Below are positions 20,108 to 30,418 of a stretch of DNA of 64,000 nucleotides, piece after piece; position 1 is the first letter of the stretch, and every line of letters starts with the position of its first letter. Source of the DNA: Calditrichia bacterium (GTDB taxonomy: Bacteria > Calditrichota > Calditrichia > RBG-13-44-9 > J075). The stretch is taken from contig OZ245730.1 of NCBI GenBank assembly GCA_965227145.1, forward strand, positions 3,086,187 through 3,150,186, given 5' to 3'. The translations under genes and the position numbers were made by a program. The notes below the pieces were generated by a model. That model had not been told where the DNA came from and searched no databases. It was given only the letters and a program-made list of their open reading frames with translations.

Positions 20108-21037
20108 TTACGGCTGCTGGGCCAGATACCATTGATAGGTTTGGGTAATGCCATCCCGTAAAGAGATACCGGCTTTCCACCCCAAACCATTCAGTTTGGA
20201 GACATCCAGCAGTTTGCGGGGCGTGCCGTCCGGTTTGGATGTGTCAAACGTTAGTTCACCGCTAAAACCAACGATATCCTTAATCAGCAGCGCCAGGTCT
20301 TTTATTGCGATATCCTCACCCACCCCGATATTGACAATCTCGCTATCTGCATAGTGCTGCATCAGATACACACAGGCATCCGCCAGATCATCCGCATGCA
20401 GGAATTCCCGTTTGGGTGAACCAGTCCCCCAGATTTCCACGGACGGTTTTCCGGCAAGTTTGGCTTCATGAAACTTGCGGATCAGCGCCGGCAGGACGTG
20501 GGAACTTTGCAGATCGAAATTATCGTTGGATCCATACAAATTGGTGGGCATCACCGAAATAAATGATGTGCCATACTGGCGATTAAAGGACTGGCAGGTT
20601 TTGATCCCGGCAATCTTGGCGATAGCGTAAGGCTCGTTGGTCGGTTCCAGCTTGCCGTCCAGCAAATGTTCTTCCTTCATCGGTTGCGGGGCGAATTTGG
20701 GATAAATACAGGAGCTACCCAAAAACAGCAGCTTTTTCACCCCGTTCCGGTAGCTGTGATGAATAATATTGGACTGGATCATCAGGTTATCGTAGATAAA
20801 ATCCGCCGGATAATCGTTATTGGCCAAAATGCCGCCCACTTTGGCGGCAGCCAAAAATACGTATTCCGGCTGCTCTTTTTCAAAGAAAGCCGCAACGGCT
20901 GCCTGATTCCGTAGATCAAGTTCTGCGGATCGTTTGAGCACCAGATTGTTAAATCCGTTTGATGCCAACCGCCGTGCTATGGCGGAGCCAACCAGACCGC
21001 GATGTCCGGCTATGTAGATTTTTGATGTTGTTTTCAT
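20108..21037 (-). CDS. fcl: GDP-L-fucose synthase
   Basis: 309 aa; extended-SDR motifs [11 protein letters not shown], YxxxK (YAIAKIAG), and Fcl-typical NLYGSNDNF. Confidence 0.9.
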   Translation of the reverse strand: MKTTSKIYIAGHRGLVGSAIARRLASNGFNNLVLKRSAELDLRNQAAVAAFFEKEQPEYVFLAAAKVGGILANNDYPADFIYDNLMIQSNIIHHSYRNGVKKLLFLGSSCIYPKFAPQPMKEEHLLDGKLEPTNEPYAIAKIAGIKTCQSFNRQYGTSFISVMPTNLYGSNDNFDLQSSHVLPALIRKFHEAKLAGKPSVEIWGTGSPKREFLHADDLADACVYLMQHYADSEIVNIGVGEDIAIKDLALLIKDIVGFSGELTFDTSKPDGTPRKLLDVSKLNGLGWKAGISLRDGITQTYQWYLAQQP

Positions 21038-21040
21038 GTT

Positions 21041-21092
21041 GGGTGTATGGGTTAGTGGGTGAATGGGTTGATGGGTTATGGGTTGATGGGGA
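21041..21092. repeat. Simple repeat tract (GGGTnnATG-like nonamers)
   Basis: GGGTGTATGGGTTAGTGGGTGAATGGGTTGATGGGTTATGGGTTGATGGGG. Confidence 0.8.
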
Positions 21093-21266
21093 AACTGGGG
21101 GAAGTTCAGTCATTCCCGCAGGTTCCCCGATAAATAACTTCGGGGACCTGCTTTAGCGGAAATCCATCGCTATACAGTCAACATATCACCCCGCTGGGGT
21201 TTCTCATAAAAATATGGGATAATTTTCTATAAACATGTAACTGCTCTGCAGTTATTTGCATTGAAG

Positions 21267-21341
21267 CCAAAACCCCGGAGGGGTAACATGTTTATATTCG
21301 GAAAATAAATGAAACTATCCAAAACCCCGGAGGGGTGACAT
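21267..21341. repeat. Direct repeat of CCAAAACCCCGGAGGGGT[A/G]ACAT, two copies ~52 bp apart, upstream of fcl
   Basis: Copies at 21267..21290 and 21319..21341; each contains a CCCC-GGA-GGGG mini-hairpin. Confidence 0.7.
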
Positions 21342-21525
21342 TTTATAATGGTTTTAATAAAAAATTTCCAAAGAACTTATCAGCCCTGCCATTTGATGAG
21401 GGATGTTGAGGACTGCCAGACATCAAACGAATCGGTAAAAGAGAAAGTTTTATAAAACACGTTCAATAGCTCGATAGCTGTATCTGCAGATGCTATTGGA
21501 TGAGCCTGTCGAAGCCGGACTTTTT

Positions 21526-21750
21526 TTACAATTGTTTCAGGAGACTGTCATAATCGGCGTGGGAACATACCCAGAACCAAGGGATGTAATCCGTTTTTAT
21601 TACACCAACTGCCCGGTAATCCCTGCTTATTCGCACGGAATATACCGGCAGACTTGAATGAATTCTCTTAAATCGGAGTCCGGGATACCAGGGATCTTTA
21701 CGGAATACAGCATAAGCTACTTTTGCCTGTTTTTTTATTTCTGCAGGCAA
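21526..21750 (-). CDS. RelE/ParE-superfamily toxin-like protein (type II TA toxin, putative)
   Basis: 74 aa; VYSVRISRDYRAVGV...IPWFWVCSHADYD resembles the RelE/ParE beta-sheet core; sits just downstream of a small acidic ORF. Confidence 0.5.
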   Translation of the reverse strand: MPAEIKKQAKVAYAVFRKDPWYPGLRFKRIHSSLPVYSVRISRDYRAVGVIKTDYIPWFWVCSHADYDSLLKQL

Positions 21751-21792
21751 ATCATAGTAATTTTTTCAAAAATCGGGATGTTGCCTTTGATC

Positions 21793-22014
21793 TCACAATT
21801 TGTCAATGTCCAGATGGGTCGCATTACCCTGTTCATCTTCTTCCAACGCTTCCAAAGCCAGCTTAGCCAATGCGTCTTCAGATTCAGCAAACTTTTTATC
21901 CCACAGTTTTTCCGAATCAATTTCATCAAGTATCCAACGCGCTAATGCATTTTGTTCGATTTCCGGAAGCCGGGACATTTTTTTAAACGCTTTTTCCAAT
22001 AAACGGGTCATCAT
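21793..22014 (-). CDS. Putative antitoxin partner of the RelE/ParE-like toxin
   Basis: 73 aa, acidic C-terminal half, directly upstream of and co-oriented with the toxin ORF (43-nt gap). Confidence 0.4.
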   Translation of the reverse strand: MMTRLLEKAFKKMSRLPEIEQNALARWILDEIDSEKLWDKKFAESEDALAKLALEALEEDEQGNATHLDIDKL

Positions 22015-22107
22015 TTAATACCTGGCAGTTGTTATATGATCATAAATTAAATATAGTCGCAAACTGCATGTGTAGTCAATGGTCAATTTTATTGGCGGGT
22101 TGTGATC

Positions 22108-22166
22108 AGCTTTTAGCTTTTGGCTTTTAGCTTTTGGCTTTTGGCTTTTGGCTTTTGGCTTTTGGC
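22108..22166. repeat. (GGCTTT/AGCTTT)n hexamer tract
   Basis: AGCTTTTAGCTTTTGGCTTTTAGCTTTTGGCTTTTGGCTTTTGGCTTTTGGC. Confidence 0.85.
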
Positions 22167-22194
22167 AAGAAAACCCAGGGTTTACCTTCCGCCG

Positions 22195-22366
22195 CTTTGC
22201 CGCTTCGACCCTTCGACCCTTCGACTGCGCTCAGGGTGACACTGCGCTCAGGGTGACACTTGCTCAGGGTGACACTGCGCTCAGGGTGACACTTGCTCAG
22301 GGTGACACTTGCTCAGGGTGACAATCGCTCAGGGTGACACTGCGCTCAGGGTGACACTGCGCTCAG
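22195..22366. repeat. Tandem repeat tract: (CCTTCGAC)x3 then 8 x 16-bp GCTCAGGGTGACAnnn units; inverted copy of 19845..19936
   Basis: Direct reading; reverse complement gives GTCACCCTGAGC units as in the 19.85-kb tract. Confidence 0.85.
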
Positions 22367-22470
22367 GACAAGCCTTTTACTTTTTCCCTTCGGCTTCGCT
22401 CAGGACGAGCCTTTTTACTTTTTACTTTTTCCCTTCGGCTTCGCTCAGGACGAGCCTTTTTACTTATTTC
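22357..22470. repeat. ~48-bp direct repeat x2 (CGCTCAGGACRAGCC-TTTTTACT-TTTTCCCTTCGGCTT) just 3' of gmd
   Basis: Direct reading. Confidence 0.7.
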
Positions 22471-23565
22471 ACTGCTTCATCTGTTTTTCAATCTTGGCCA
22501 ACCGGTAATCTGCGACAATCATAATATCGACCAGTTCCCTGAAGGTGGTTTGGGGTTGCCAGCCGAGATGTTTTTTGGCTTTAGCCGGATCACCGATCAG
22601 CAAATCCACCTCGGTGGGACGGTAATAACGCGGGTCAATGGCCACAACCGTTTGCCCGACGCGAAAGGCCGGAGAGCGTTCCAGTCCCGGCAATTTGGGA
22701 TCATCGATATTGGCAATCACCGCATATTCTTCGCTACCGTTGCCCTGCCACTGCAAGGTTACCCCGAAGCCATCAAACGAGGCTTCGATAAATTCCCGAA
22801 CAGAATTGGTCTGTCCGGTTGCCAGCACAAAATCATCCGGTTCGCTTTGCTGGAGCATGCGCCACATACCTTCCACATATTCCGGTGCGTAGCCCCAATC
22901 GCGTTTGGCATCGAGATTTCCCATAAACAATTGTCCTGCTCGCCGATAGCCATCCGGGTAATCGCCCGGGTGATCTTGCGGGTCACAAAAGTTTCCCCGC
23001 GCCGGGGCGATTCGTGGTTAAACAAAATCCCGTTGCAGGCAAAGAGGTTATAGGCTTCGCGATAGTTCACGGTGATCCAGAAGGCATACATTTTGGCAAC
23101 GCCGTAAGGGCTGCGGGGATAAAACGGGGTGCTTTCCGTCTGCGGCACTTCCTGCACTTTGCCGTAAAGCTCCGATGTAGAAGCCTGGTAAAACCGCGCT
23201 TTGATACCGGTTTCTTTAATCGCATCGAGAAAACGCAGCGTGCCGACAGCATCCACTTCCGCAGTATATTCCGGCACCTGGAAAGAAACACCGACGTGAC
23301 TCTGGGCGGCCAGATTATAAATTTCATCCGGCTGCACCTTTTCAAGAATGCGGTTGAGGTTGGAGGAATCGGTCAAGTCCCCGTAATGCAGCACCATTTT
23401 GCGGGGCTGTTCGTGGGGATCCTGGTAAATATGTTCAATACGCTGGGTGTTAAAATTGCTGGCGCGACGGACAATGCCGTGCACCTGATAGCCTTTTTCA
23501 ATCAGCAGTTCAGTTAAATAACTGCCATCCTGACCGGTTATGCCGGTAATGAGTGCCTTTTTCAT
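22469..23565 (-). pseudogene. gmd: GDP-mannose 4,6-dehydratase, reading frame broken by an apparent 1-nt deletion (or sequencing error)
   Basis: Track ORFs 22759..23592 and 22469..22930 are the N- and C-terminal parts of one Gmd ([31 protein letters not shown] / [12 protein letters not shown]). Frames switch at 22925..22936, where GACAATTG would read through as GACAAATTG. Likely start is the second Met (MKKALITG) at 23565. Confidence 0.8.
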
Positions 23566-23718
23566 TGATGCCTCATGATTTTCTTTTGCCATGAATATTC
23601 ACGAATGGTCACGAATATCTGTAATTTTTGTCTTGAAATCAATGCTTGTATGAATTGACAGATGTCAATCATTGTTTGGGTAAATGGGTGTATGGGTAAA
23701 TGAGTGAATGGGTATAAG

Positions 23719-23940
23719 ACGCACCTCGTTACAGGCTCCTGCCTGGAATGTCTTTATCCGGTGAGGGATGATTTGGATACAATAATGGAACAGCTACGAT
23801 GTTCGACGCACCTCGTTACAGGCTCCTGCCTGGAATGTCTTTATCCGGTTATTTGGATACAATAACGGAACATCTACGATGTTCGACGCACCTCGTTACA
23901 GGCTCCTGCCTGGAATGTCTTTATCCGGTTAGGGAAGCAA
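23719..23940. repeat. ~86-bp tandem direct repeat, about 2.6 copies, upstream of gmd
   Basis: Unit GACGCACCTCGTTACAGGCTCCTGCCTGGAATGTCTTTATCCGGT...TTTGGATACAATAATGGAACAGCTACGATGTTC; partial fourth copy at 24086..24120. Confidence 0.85.
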
Positions 23941-24024
23941 AAGCAGGTGATTTGAACAAAATCATTAAAAACCGCGTAGCGGTTACATTATTGTAGAAAA
24001 TGAGTGGCAACCGGATAAATAAAT

Positions 24025-24063
24025 CCTCGTAGAGGATTCATCGTGCATTAACCCTCTACGAGG
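24025..24063. repeat. Perfect 11-bp-stem hairpin (CCTCGTAGAGG ... CCTCTACGAGG)
   Basis: Arms 24025..24035 and 24053..24063; 17-nt loop. Confidence 0.7.
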
Positions 24064-24393
24064 GTTGGTCGGTTGGGTGAAATGATTTGGCTACAATAAT
24101 GGAACATCTACGATGTAATCTTGTGTATGGTCAATTGTCAATTGTCGATGGTCGATGGTCAATTCCGAGTTCCCCGCCGCGAAGCGGTTCCTTCGGAAAA
24201 GGAGCATCTTCGGCGTCGAGTTTCGAGTTTCCGATTCCATCTGGAGCAAAACTACCGCAAAAATAAACCAATAACCTATATAATGAAAAAACCCTGCTGC
24301 CGGGTGTACTCCCGGTCGATCAGGGTTATGTTGTTGCTAGTGAAACGTCTTAAACAATAGGGAAATGGAACAACCCAGTATTAATGGATAACT

Positions 24394-25503
24394 TCATTTT
24401 TTTGAAAGTGTCATTTTTTGAAACAACTCGATATACTGATCGGTTATCTTACCCCAGGTGTAGCATTCCGTTATCCTGTTCCGGGAAATCTTTCTTTGGG
24501 CAGAAATTATATTGGGATTTTCTTCAAGGGATTTAATCAAGTCGATTAATGAATCGTCATGCTTGCGAAAATATACGCCATATTTGCCATTGTCCAGCAC
24601 TTCCCGGCTAAAACGGGTATCCAGTGCAATAATCGCACACCCATAAGCCAGGGCTTTTAGCAATGTTGGATTTGTACCACCAAATTCATGCCCGTGAAAA
24701 TAGGCAAAACAATTATGATAGAGTTCAGCCAATTCATCCTGATCGGTTACATAGCCGGTAAAAATCACGCGGGGATCGCTAACCTGTTTTATTTTCTGGG
24801 CATAGTCATCATTATAAGGCACATCACCGACCACGACCAGTTGCTTGTCTGAATTTGATTTTACAAACCGCTCTACAATCACATCCGCATTATTATCCGG
24901 GATCAGGCGACCAACAATTAAATAATACCCTTCTTTTTGTAGTTGCCAGCGTTCGATGAGTTCCGGTTGTTTGGAATGTCGAATATTTGCACCATAGGCA
25001 ATGACGGTTGAATCGGCATTAAATGTCTCTTTATAAATCTTACCCATTTCAACAGAGTCGGTAATAATTTCATTATACAATTTGGTCGCTAATTTGGAAG
25101 CAGTGTAAAAATATTTTGCCCCTAATCCTTGCCATTTGGGGCGCAGCCATTCCAAACCATCCACATTGATTGCGGTTCTTTTACCCAAAATACGGGAAAA
25201 CAAACCAAACGGTCCGTTTGCCGAGTTAACTGCCAGAACAAGGTCATAATCTTTTGTGCAGGCATGTATCATGGATTGGAAAGAATGAACAAACTGGCTG
25301 AGCGTTTTTTTCTCTATAGTGTTAATATAAACAAGGTTCACACCATTGACGGTATCGGGATAAGTGGTAAAAAGGTTCTTGTGACAATAAACCGTTACAT
25401 CAATACCTTTTTTGACCAGCCGCTCACATAGTTCCTTTACAAATGTTTCATAACCGCTATATACGTAAGGATAGCCGCGTGAGCCAATAATCGCGATTTT
25501 CAT
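24394..25503 (-). CDS. Glycosyltransferase, GT-B fold (family 1/4-like)
   Basis: 369 aa; C-terminal [19 protein letters not shown] resembles the GT4 E-x7-E sugar-donor motif. Confidence 0.75.
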   Translation of the reverse strand: MKIAIIGSRGYPYVYSGYETFVKELCERLVKKGIDVTVYCHKNLFTTYPDTVNGVNLVYINTIEKKTLSQFVHSFQSMIHACTKDYDLVLAVNSANGPFGLFSRILGKRTAINVDGLEWLRPKWQGLGAKYFYTASKLATKLYNEIITDSVEMGKIYKETFNADSTVIAYGANIRHSKQPELIERWQLQKEGYYLIVGRLIPDNNADVIVERFVKSNSDKQLVVVGDVPYNDDYAQKIKQVSDPRVIFTGYVTDQDELAELYHNCFAYFHGHEFGGTNPTLLKALAYGCAIIALDTRFSREVLDNGKYGVYFRKHDDSLIDLIKSLEENPNIISAQRKISRNRITECYTWGKITDQYIELFQKMTLSKK

Positions 25504-26219
25504 TCTTTGATTCTTTTCTTAATAAGTTTCGCAGGTATCCCCGCAGCAATAGAGTTTTTTTCGATATTTTTTGTTACGACTGAACCCGCAGCTATAATAC
25601 AGCCATCTTCGATAACAACGCCATCCAGAATAGTGCTGCCGGCACCGATCCAGCAATCATTTCCAATTGTTACACCTTTCCGGCTTTCACCTTGCAGTCG
25701 AACGGGTATCTCCGGATGATCGTAATTATGATTTTCCGAAAAGATTCGAACACCCGGGCCCATAATGACATCATTACCAATGGTTATACCACCTTGCCCC
25801 CCAAGAAAAGATTGGGCGCCGATGGCTGAATTATTGCCAATAGTAATCCCAATTCCCTTATTTGCGATAACGCCACTACAAACCAAACTTGTGTATTTTG
25901 CGACAGTAACATTATTACCAAAACAAATGCCCTCATGAGAGAGGGCATTAATGTGTACAAAATCTTCGATAATCAACCCATTTCCGGCTTGAATCATATA
26001 GGGATGCTCAAAACGGGTATATTTTCCAATAAACACCAATCCTTTTACTTTGCGGAAAAAAAATCGCTTGATTAAGCCACGACATAATTGCATACCACGA
26101 GTGTTAAGAATGCCAAGCAACTCCCGGTTGGTCAGTTTAACTTTAAACCGGTAATCCGGATTTTTTTTTAGGATACTGACAATTTTTTCAATGACTTTCA
26201 GCAGGTGCATTGATACCAA
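25500..26219 (-). CDS. Hexapeptide-repeat (left-handed beta-helix) acetyltransferase, WcaF/serine-acetyltransferase-like
   Basis: 239 aa; repeated [LIV]-G-x-x-x-x hexads ([33 protein letters not shown]...[13 protein letters not shown]). Confidence 0.8.
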   Translation of the reverse strand: MVSMHLLKVIEKIVSILKKNPDYRFKVKLTNRELLGILNTRGMQLCRGLIKRFFFRKVKGLVFIGKYTRFEHPYMIQAGNGLIIEDFVHINALSHEGICFGNNVTVAKYTSLVCSGVIANKGIGITIGNNSAIGAQSFLGGQGGITIGNDVIMGPGVRIFSENHNYDHPEIPVRLQGESRKGVTIGNDCWIGAGSTILDGVVIEDGCIIAAGSVVTKNIEKNSIAAGIPAKLIKKRIKE

Positions 26220-27318
26220 CCGCTTTCTCGCAACTCCGGATCAAATCCCGGGCAGCTTTCTCCCAGGAAAATTTTGCTGCCTGTTTTAATGACAGTTGCC
26301 GCTTTTGTTCATATAGTTCCGGATCAGTCAACAGTTTATCGATCATATTAGCAATACTTTCGGGGGAATGGGCATCCACATAATTACCGGCATCTCCGCA
26401 AATTTCCGGTATGGAGGATGAGTCTGATACAACTACCGGAATCCCGGAAGCCATTGCTTCCAAAGGGGGAAGCCCAAAACTTTCTTCATATGATGGAAAA
26501 CAAAATACTTTTGCAAGAGAGTAAACTGCCGCTAATTCCTTACCGAAAACCGGGCCAGTAAATATCAAACGGTTTCGAATTCCCAATCTGTCTATGGTAG
26601 ATTCCACTTCACCCATTTTCCAGTCAAAGCCACCAACAATAACCAGGGGAATATTTTGATTTTCAAGTTTGGGAATTGCACTTAATAAATTAAAGATATT
26701 CTTGCGAACATTTAATCTGCCAACATATAACAAAAATTCATCCGGTAATTTATATTTTGACTTAACCGACAAAATTGTTTCAGCGAGCTGTTTGGTTAAC
26801 GGCTTAAAATTTGTGTTAACGCCATGATGAATGACATCTATTTTGGTTTCACTAATGCCATAGTGGTCAGATATACGCTTCTGCTCCGCATATGAAACCG
26901 TATTGATACGATCCGAATGTTTTGCCAAAAATTTTAGCGGCGAGAAATATAATCGCTCTTTCCAGGTGTAATATTCAGGGTGAGTGAGAAATATAATATC
27001 GTGAATATAGGCGATTTGTTTGTAATTTGTAAAAAGTGATGGGAAATTTTGATAAACAAGAACATCAATATTGTGTTCTTTGGCCACCTTAGGCAAGACA
27101 AACAAATTGGAAACCAGATTATTACCTGCCCAGATATTTGCTAATTTGATATTGGGTTTTTGATATGGAAAAGTGTTTTGACGCTCCTTTTCATCAAGAA
27201 AAAAAACAAATTCATGATCTGTATTTGCTTCGGCCAGTTTATTAACCAGGTTTTCAATAACAACTTTACCGCTTGCAGGTCCTTTAAAATACCATTTAGC
27301 ATCTATGCCGATTTTCAT
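26188..27318 (-). CDS. Glycosyltransferase family 4 (GT-B)
   Basis: 376 aa; YVGRL...[29 protein letters not shown]. Confidence 0.85.
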   Translation of the reverse strand: MKIGIDAKWYFKGPASGKVVIENLVNKLAEANTDHEFVFFLDEKERQNTFPYQKPNIKLANIWAGNNLVSNLFVLPKVAKEHNIDVLVYQNFPSLFTNYKQIAYIHDIIFLTHPEYYTWKERLYFSPLKFLAKHSDRINTVSYAEQKRISDHYGISETKIDVIHHGVNTNFKPLTKQLAETILSVKSKYKLPDEFLLYVGRLNVRKNIFNLLSAIPKLENQNIPLVIVGGFDWKMGEVESTIDRLGIRNRLIFTGPVFGKELAAVYSLAKVFCFPSYEESFGLPPLEAMASGIPVVVSDSSSIPEICGDAGNYVDAHSPESIANMIDKLLTDPELYEQKRQLSLKQAAKFSWEKAARDLIRSCEKAVGINAPAESH

Positions 27319-28550
27319 ATCGTTTTATTCACTCGAATTGCATCACTCATTATTTGTAGCATTTCTTTACGCCGTAAATTCCATGAAAAATTATCCAAGA
27401 TCCTTACTTTACATGCTTCTGCAAATTGCAATCTTAAATTAGTGTTATGGTATAGTTCTTCCATGCTATTTTTGAGATATTCTATTACCTCTTTTGTATT
27501 TGTTGGCGGTATTTTATATCCTGTGTTTTCGTCAACTTGTAAGGCTGGCCCACCAATATCCAAACATATAACTGGCCTTCCCGCGGCCATTGCCTCGGCA
27601 CAAACCCATCCACCCGAGTCGTGAAAACTTGGATGCACTAATGCATCGCTATCTTTTAAAACACCAAAAACCTCTTCCCGGGAAAGGTTACCCATGAATC
27701 TCGTTTGTTCCTGAATACCAAGTTGGCTAGCCAGATCCTTTAAGTTTTGAAATTCGGGACCTTCTCCAACTATCCAATATTCCGAGTGAATATCACCTGA
27801 TTTTAAGAACTCCGCAAAGGCCTTTAAACCTAAGTGGTAACCTTTCCAATGCAACAATCTGCCAATACTAACAAAGATCAGATTGGGATTTTTGTTGATT
27901 TGGAATTGGTTTAATTTTTCGATGTCTTTTAAAGGCAATGCAACATTTGACATTATTTGTATATTTTTAACACCTGCTTTATGCAATCGTTCTTTGGTCT
28001 GTTCGGATGTTGCTAGAGCTATTGTAGCCCGTTTTACGGTTAATTTCCAAAGTATATCGAATTGAACAAGAGATCTTACGATATCTCTTTTATGCTCAAA
28101 AATTTTTCCATTTAGATCTAATGACTTGTATAAGCTTTTTGGCGCTGATTCACCACCACCTACCGGTCCCCAGATAAATGGAATGGGTAACAAACATAGT
28201 AAGCTTGGTAACCAATATGAGCCAAATGTTGCATGTTGAATTACATCGAAATTAATTTTATTATTAATTTTTTTTATCTTGAAATAAATAGCTATCTGCC
28301 ATAAATAATAATAAACTCTTGCACCACGAGAACCTTTTTTCCAAAATCTTAGGTAGTATGGTAAATCATAGTATATCCAATGTGTATTTTGCGGTAAAGA
28401 TTGGTTCTTAGTAACAGGTATGCTATTATTTTCCCTGGTTATAACCCATATCTCATTCTCAATTGATAATTGTTCGACCCAGTTCCAACCGATACCTGCT
28501 TCAGAGCCTTTACCGGGTTCACATGCGTAAGCGGATACTAATATTTTCAA
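27315..28550 (-). CDS. Glycosyltransferase family 4 (GT-B)
   Basis: 411 aa; SIGRLLHWKG, HPSFHDSGGWVCAEAMAAGRPVICLDIGG. Confidence 0.8.
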   Translation of the reverse strand: MKILVSAYACEPGKGSEAGIGWNWVEQLSIENEIWVITRENNSIPVTKNQSLPQNTHWIYYDLPYYLRFWKKGSRGARVYYYLWQIAIYFKIKKINNKINFDVIQHATFGSYWLPSLLCLLPIPFIWGPVGGGESAPKSLYKSLDLNGKIFEHKRDIVRSLVQFDILWKLTVKRATIALATSEQTKERLHKAGVKNIQIMSNVALPLKDIEKLNQFQINKNPNLIFVSIGRLLHWKGYHLGLKAFAEFLKSGDIHSEYWIVGEGPEFQNLKDLASQLGIQEQTRFMGNLSREEVFGVLKDSDALVHPSFHDSGGWVCAEAMAAGRPVICLDIGGPALQVDENTGYKIPPTNTKEVIEYLKNSMEELYHNTNLRLQFAEACKVRILDNFSWNLRRKEMLQIMSDAIRVNKTI

Positions 28551-28555
28551 TACTT

Positions 28556-30418
28556 TTAATTGTTAACTTTTTCCAGACCCGTGTTTTTTAAAATTGTATG
28601 CTCAATTATAAATAAATTCAACAGATAGCTAAAGGTTTTCATGTTTTCACTAAAAATGGATCTATCATTTTCATAAATACATATATGATATATTAAATAT
28701 AAACCATAAACACCATGGATAATTCTATCAATGATTTCTAAATCTATATTCAGTTTTAATAGATAAGTTTCATAAATTTTATACCAACCTATCTTTTCTG
28801 TTAATTCTTTGTGTACTTGATATTTGGAAGTTTTCCGGATCAGTATCATAACTTGGGTATAATAGCGTATAACATCAAAACCAGCAGGTGCAGAATCAAT
28901 TGCATATTCAAAGTCAAAAACACCAACTTTCGGTTTTGTATTATACATATTCCATGGTGTAAAATCACCATGAGAAAAGTGAAAAGGTAATTGTATAGAT
29001 AAAACTTTTTTAATGATTATCTCTAATGAATCTTCACAAAGGTGTTTTAAATACGGTGTTTTAATATGGTTAACCATTTTTTGTAATTCTAAGAAAAAAT
29101 CAGATTCCACCAATACCATTGCACTGTAATTTATTTTTGAAAAATCTTTTACGACATTTAAGAATTCTTCTTTTTCTAATATCATTGATTTATGCGATAT
29201 TTTTTTAGAATCAAGGGCACTTGTAACAAGACAATATTTAACTTTCCATCTCCCTTCATATAAAACTTCCGGTATATCAATCGCATGAAACTTATGAGAA
29301 TTTAAATTTTTTAAAATATTTGCTTCAGTTTTTAGACCTTCAATGGCGGCTTCTTTATTGGCAATTTTGGCAAATGCTATTATACTTCCATTTAAATCCA
29401 TTAAACAAAATACTATCTTACGTTTAGGACCAGGTGCGCCTAAAGATATTGAAAAATTTATTACATTAAGTTCTGGAAATAAACTATTAATAAAACGCAG
29501 GAAAGAGCTTAGCTGTGTCTGGTCAATATGTATTTTATTAAAAATATATTTTGCAAAACCACACTTAAATGATAATTGAATAAAATTTTTTAATAATCGT
29601 GCTTTTTTTGAGGCTGGAGAGTAAAGAGATAAACTATTAGTTATAGATCGTCTAAACTTATAGTTAACAATAAATCCGCGACCATCATTAAATTTTATTA
29701 ATACAAGTTCAGGATATGACTGCCTTTCATGATATGCATTGAAGAAACTTTGTACCCATAATTCTGGATTATAATCTGTTTTTGAATCGATATAATTATT
29801 AAACTTGCTAAGAATTAGTGTCTTTATTTCATTTGCAATTGCATAGGGAGCTCTATTTATTCGGATTAGATATTCAATTTCTCCTAACCTATGTAATTTA
29901 ATCCAACTTAATTGATGTTGGGTAAGAATTTTAACAGGTAATTCAGGTTTACGTCTATAAATATATTCTGGTTCATCATATAATAGTATGCTAATATCTG
30001 CCTTTTGAGCAACCTTTGGATATAGTTTAGTTATAAATATCTTTTTTAAACCAAATCTTTCTGGATTAACCAAAATATCTAAATAAGACCTATCATAAAA
30101 AACAAGATCAGATGAATTACAAATATTACTTTTAGAAAAAAACCGATCAATAGCATAGTCTATTAAATAATATATCTGTCTCGCAAATTGAAATTTGCCA
30201 TGCTCCTGTCTTGGTATTATTATAGAATCATTAATTTTGATATTTTGGGGTTGACGATGAGCTATTTTATGAAGAGGTGGTAAATACCCCGGACGCCAAA
30301 ACCTTCTTTCTAAATTAACATTGTCAAGTTGATTTATAAGAAAATCAAGAGTTGTAGATTTTCCAACACCATCAGGTCCATGAAGAGATATAGTAATTCT
30401 ATTAGATTTAGATTTCAA
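28556..30418 (-). CDS. Two-domain protein: N-terminal P-loop (nucleoside/nucleotide-kinase-like) plus C-terminal APH/choline-kinase-like phosphotransferase
   Basis: 620 aa; Walker A HGPDGVGKST near N-terminus; C-terminal HGDFTPWN (Brenner-type catalytic loop) and DFEYA (metal-binding D-x-E). Confidence 0.55.
   Translation of the reverse strand: MKSKSNRITISLHGPDGVGKSTTLDFLINQLDNVNLERRFWRPGYLPPLHKIAHRQPQNIKINDSIIIPRQEHGKFQFARQIYYLIDYAIDRFFSKSNICNSSDLVFYDRSYLDILVNPERFGLKKIFITKLYPKVAQKADISILLYDEPEYIYRRKPELPVKILTQHQLSWIKLHRLGEIEYLIRINRAPYAIANEIKTLILSKFNNYIDSKTDYNPELWVQSFFNAYHERQSYPELVLIKFNDGRGFIVNYKFRRSITNSLSLYSPASKKARLLKNFIQLSFKCGFAKYIFNKIHIDQTQLSSFLRFINSLFPELNVINFSISLGAPGPKRKIVFCLMDLNGSIIAFAKIANKEAAIEGLKTEANILKNLNSHKFHAIDIPEVLYEGRWKVKYCLVTSALDSKKISHKSMILEKEEFLNVVKDFSKINYSAMVLVESDFFLELQKMVNHIKTPYLKHLCEDSLEIIIKKVLSIQLPFHFSHGDFTPWNMYNTKPKVGVFDFEYAIDSAPAGFDVIRYYTQVMILIRKTSKYQVHKELTEKIGWYKIYETYLLKLNIDLEIIDRIIHGVYGLYLIYHICIYENDRSIFSENMKTFSYLLNLFIIEHTILKNTGLEKVNN

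Noticed and set aside
22309-22524. 71-aa plus-strand ORF
   Set aside because: It is a translation of the tandem repeat tract; periodic low-complexity sequence, no start context.
23799-23996. 65-aa ORF
   Set aside because: Lies entirely within the 86-bp tandem repeats; likely non-coding.
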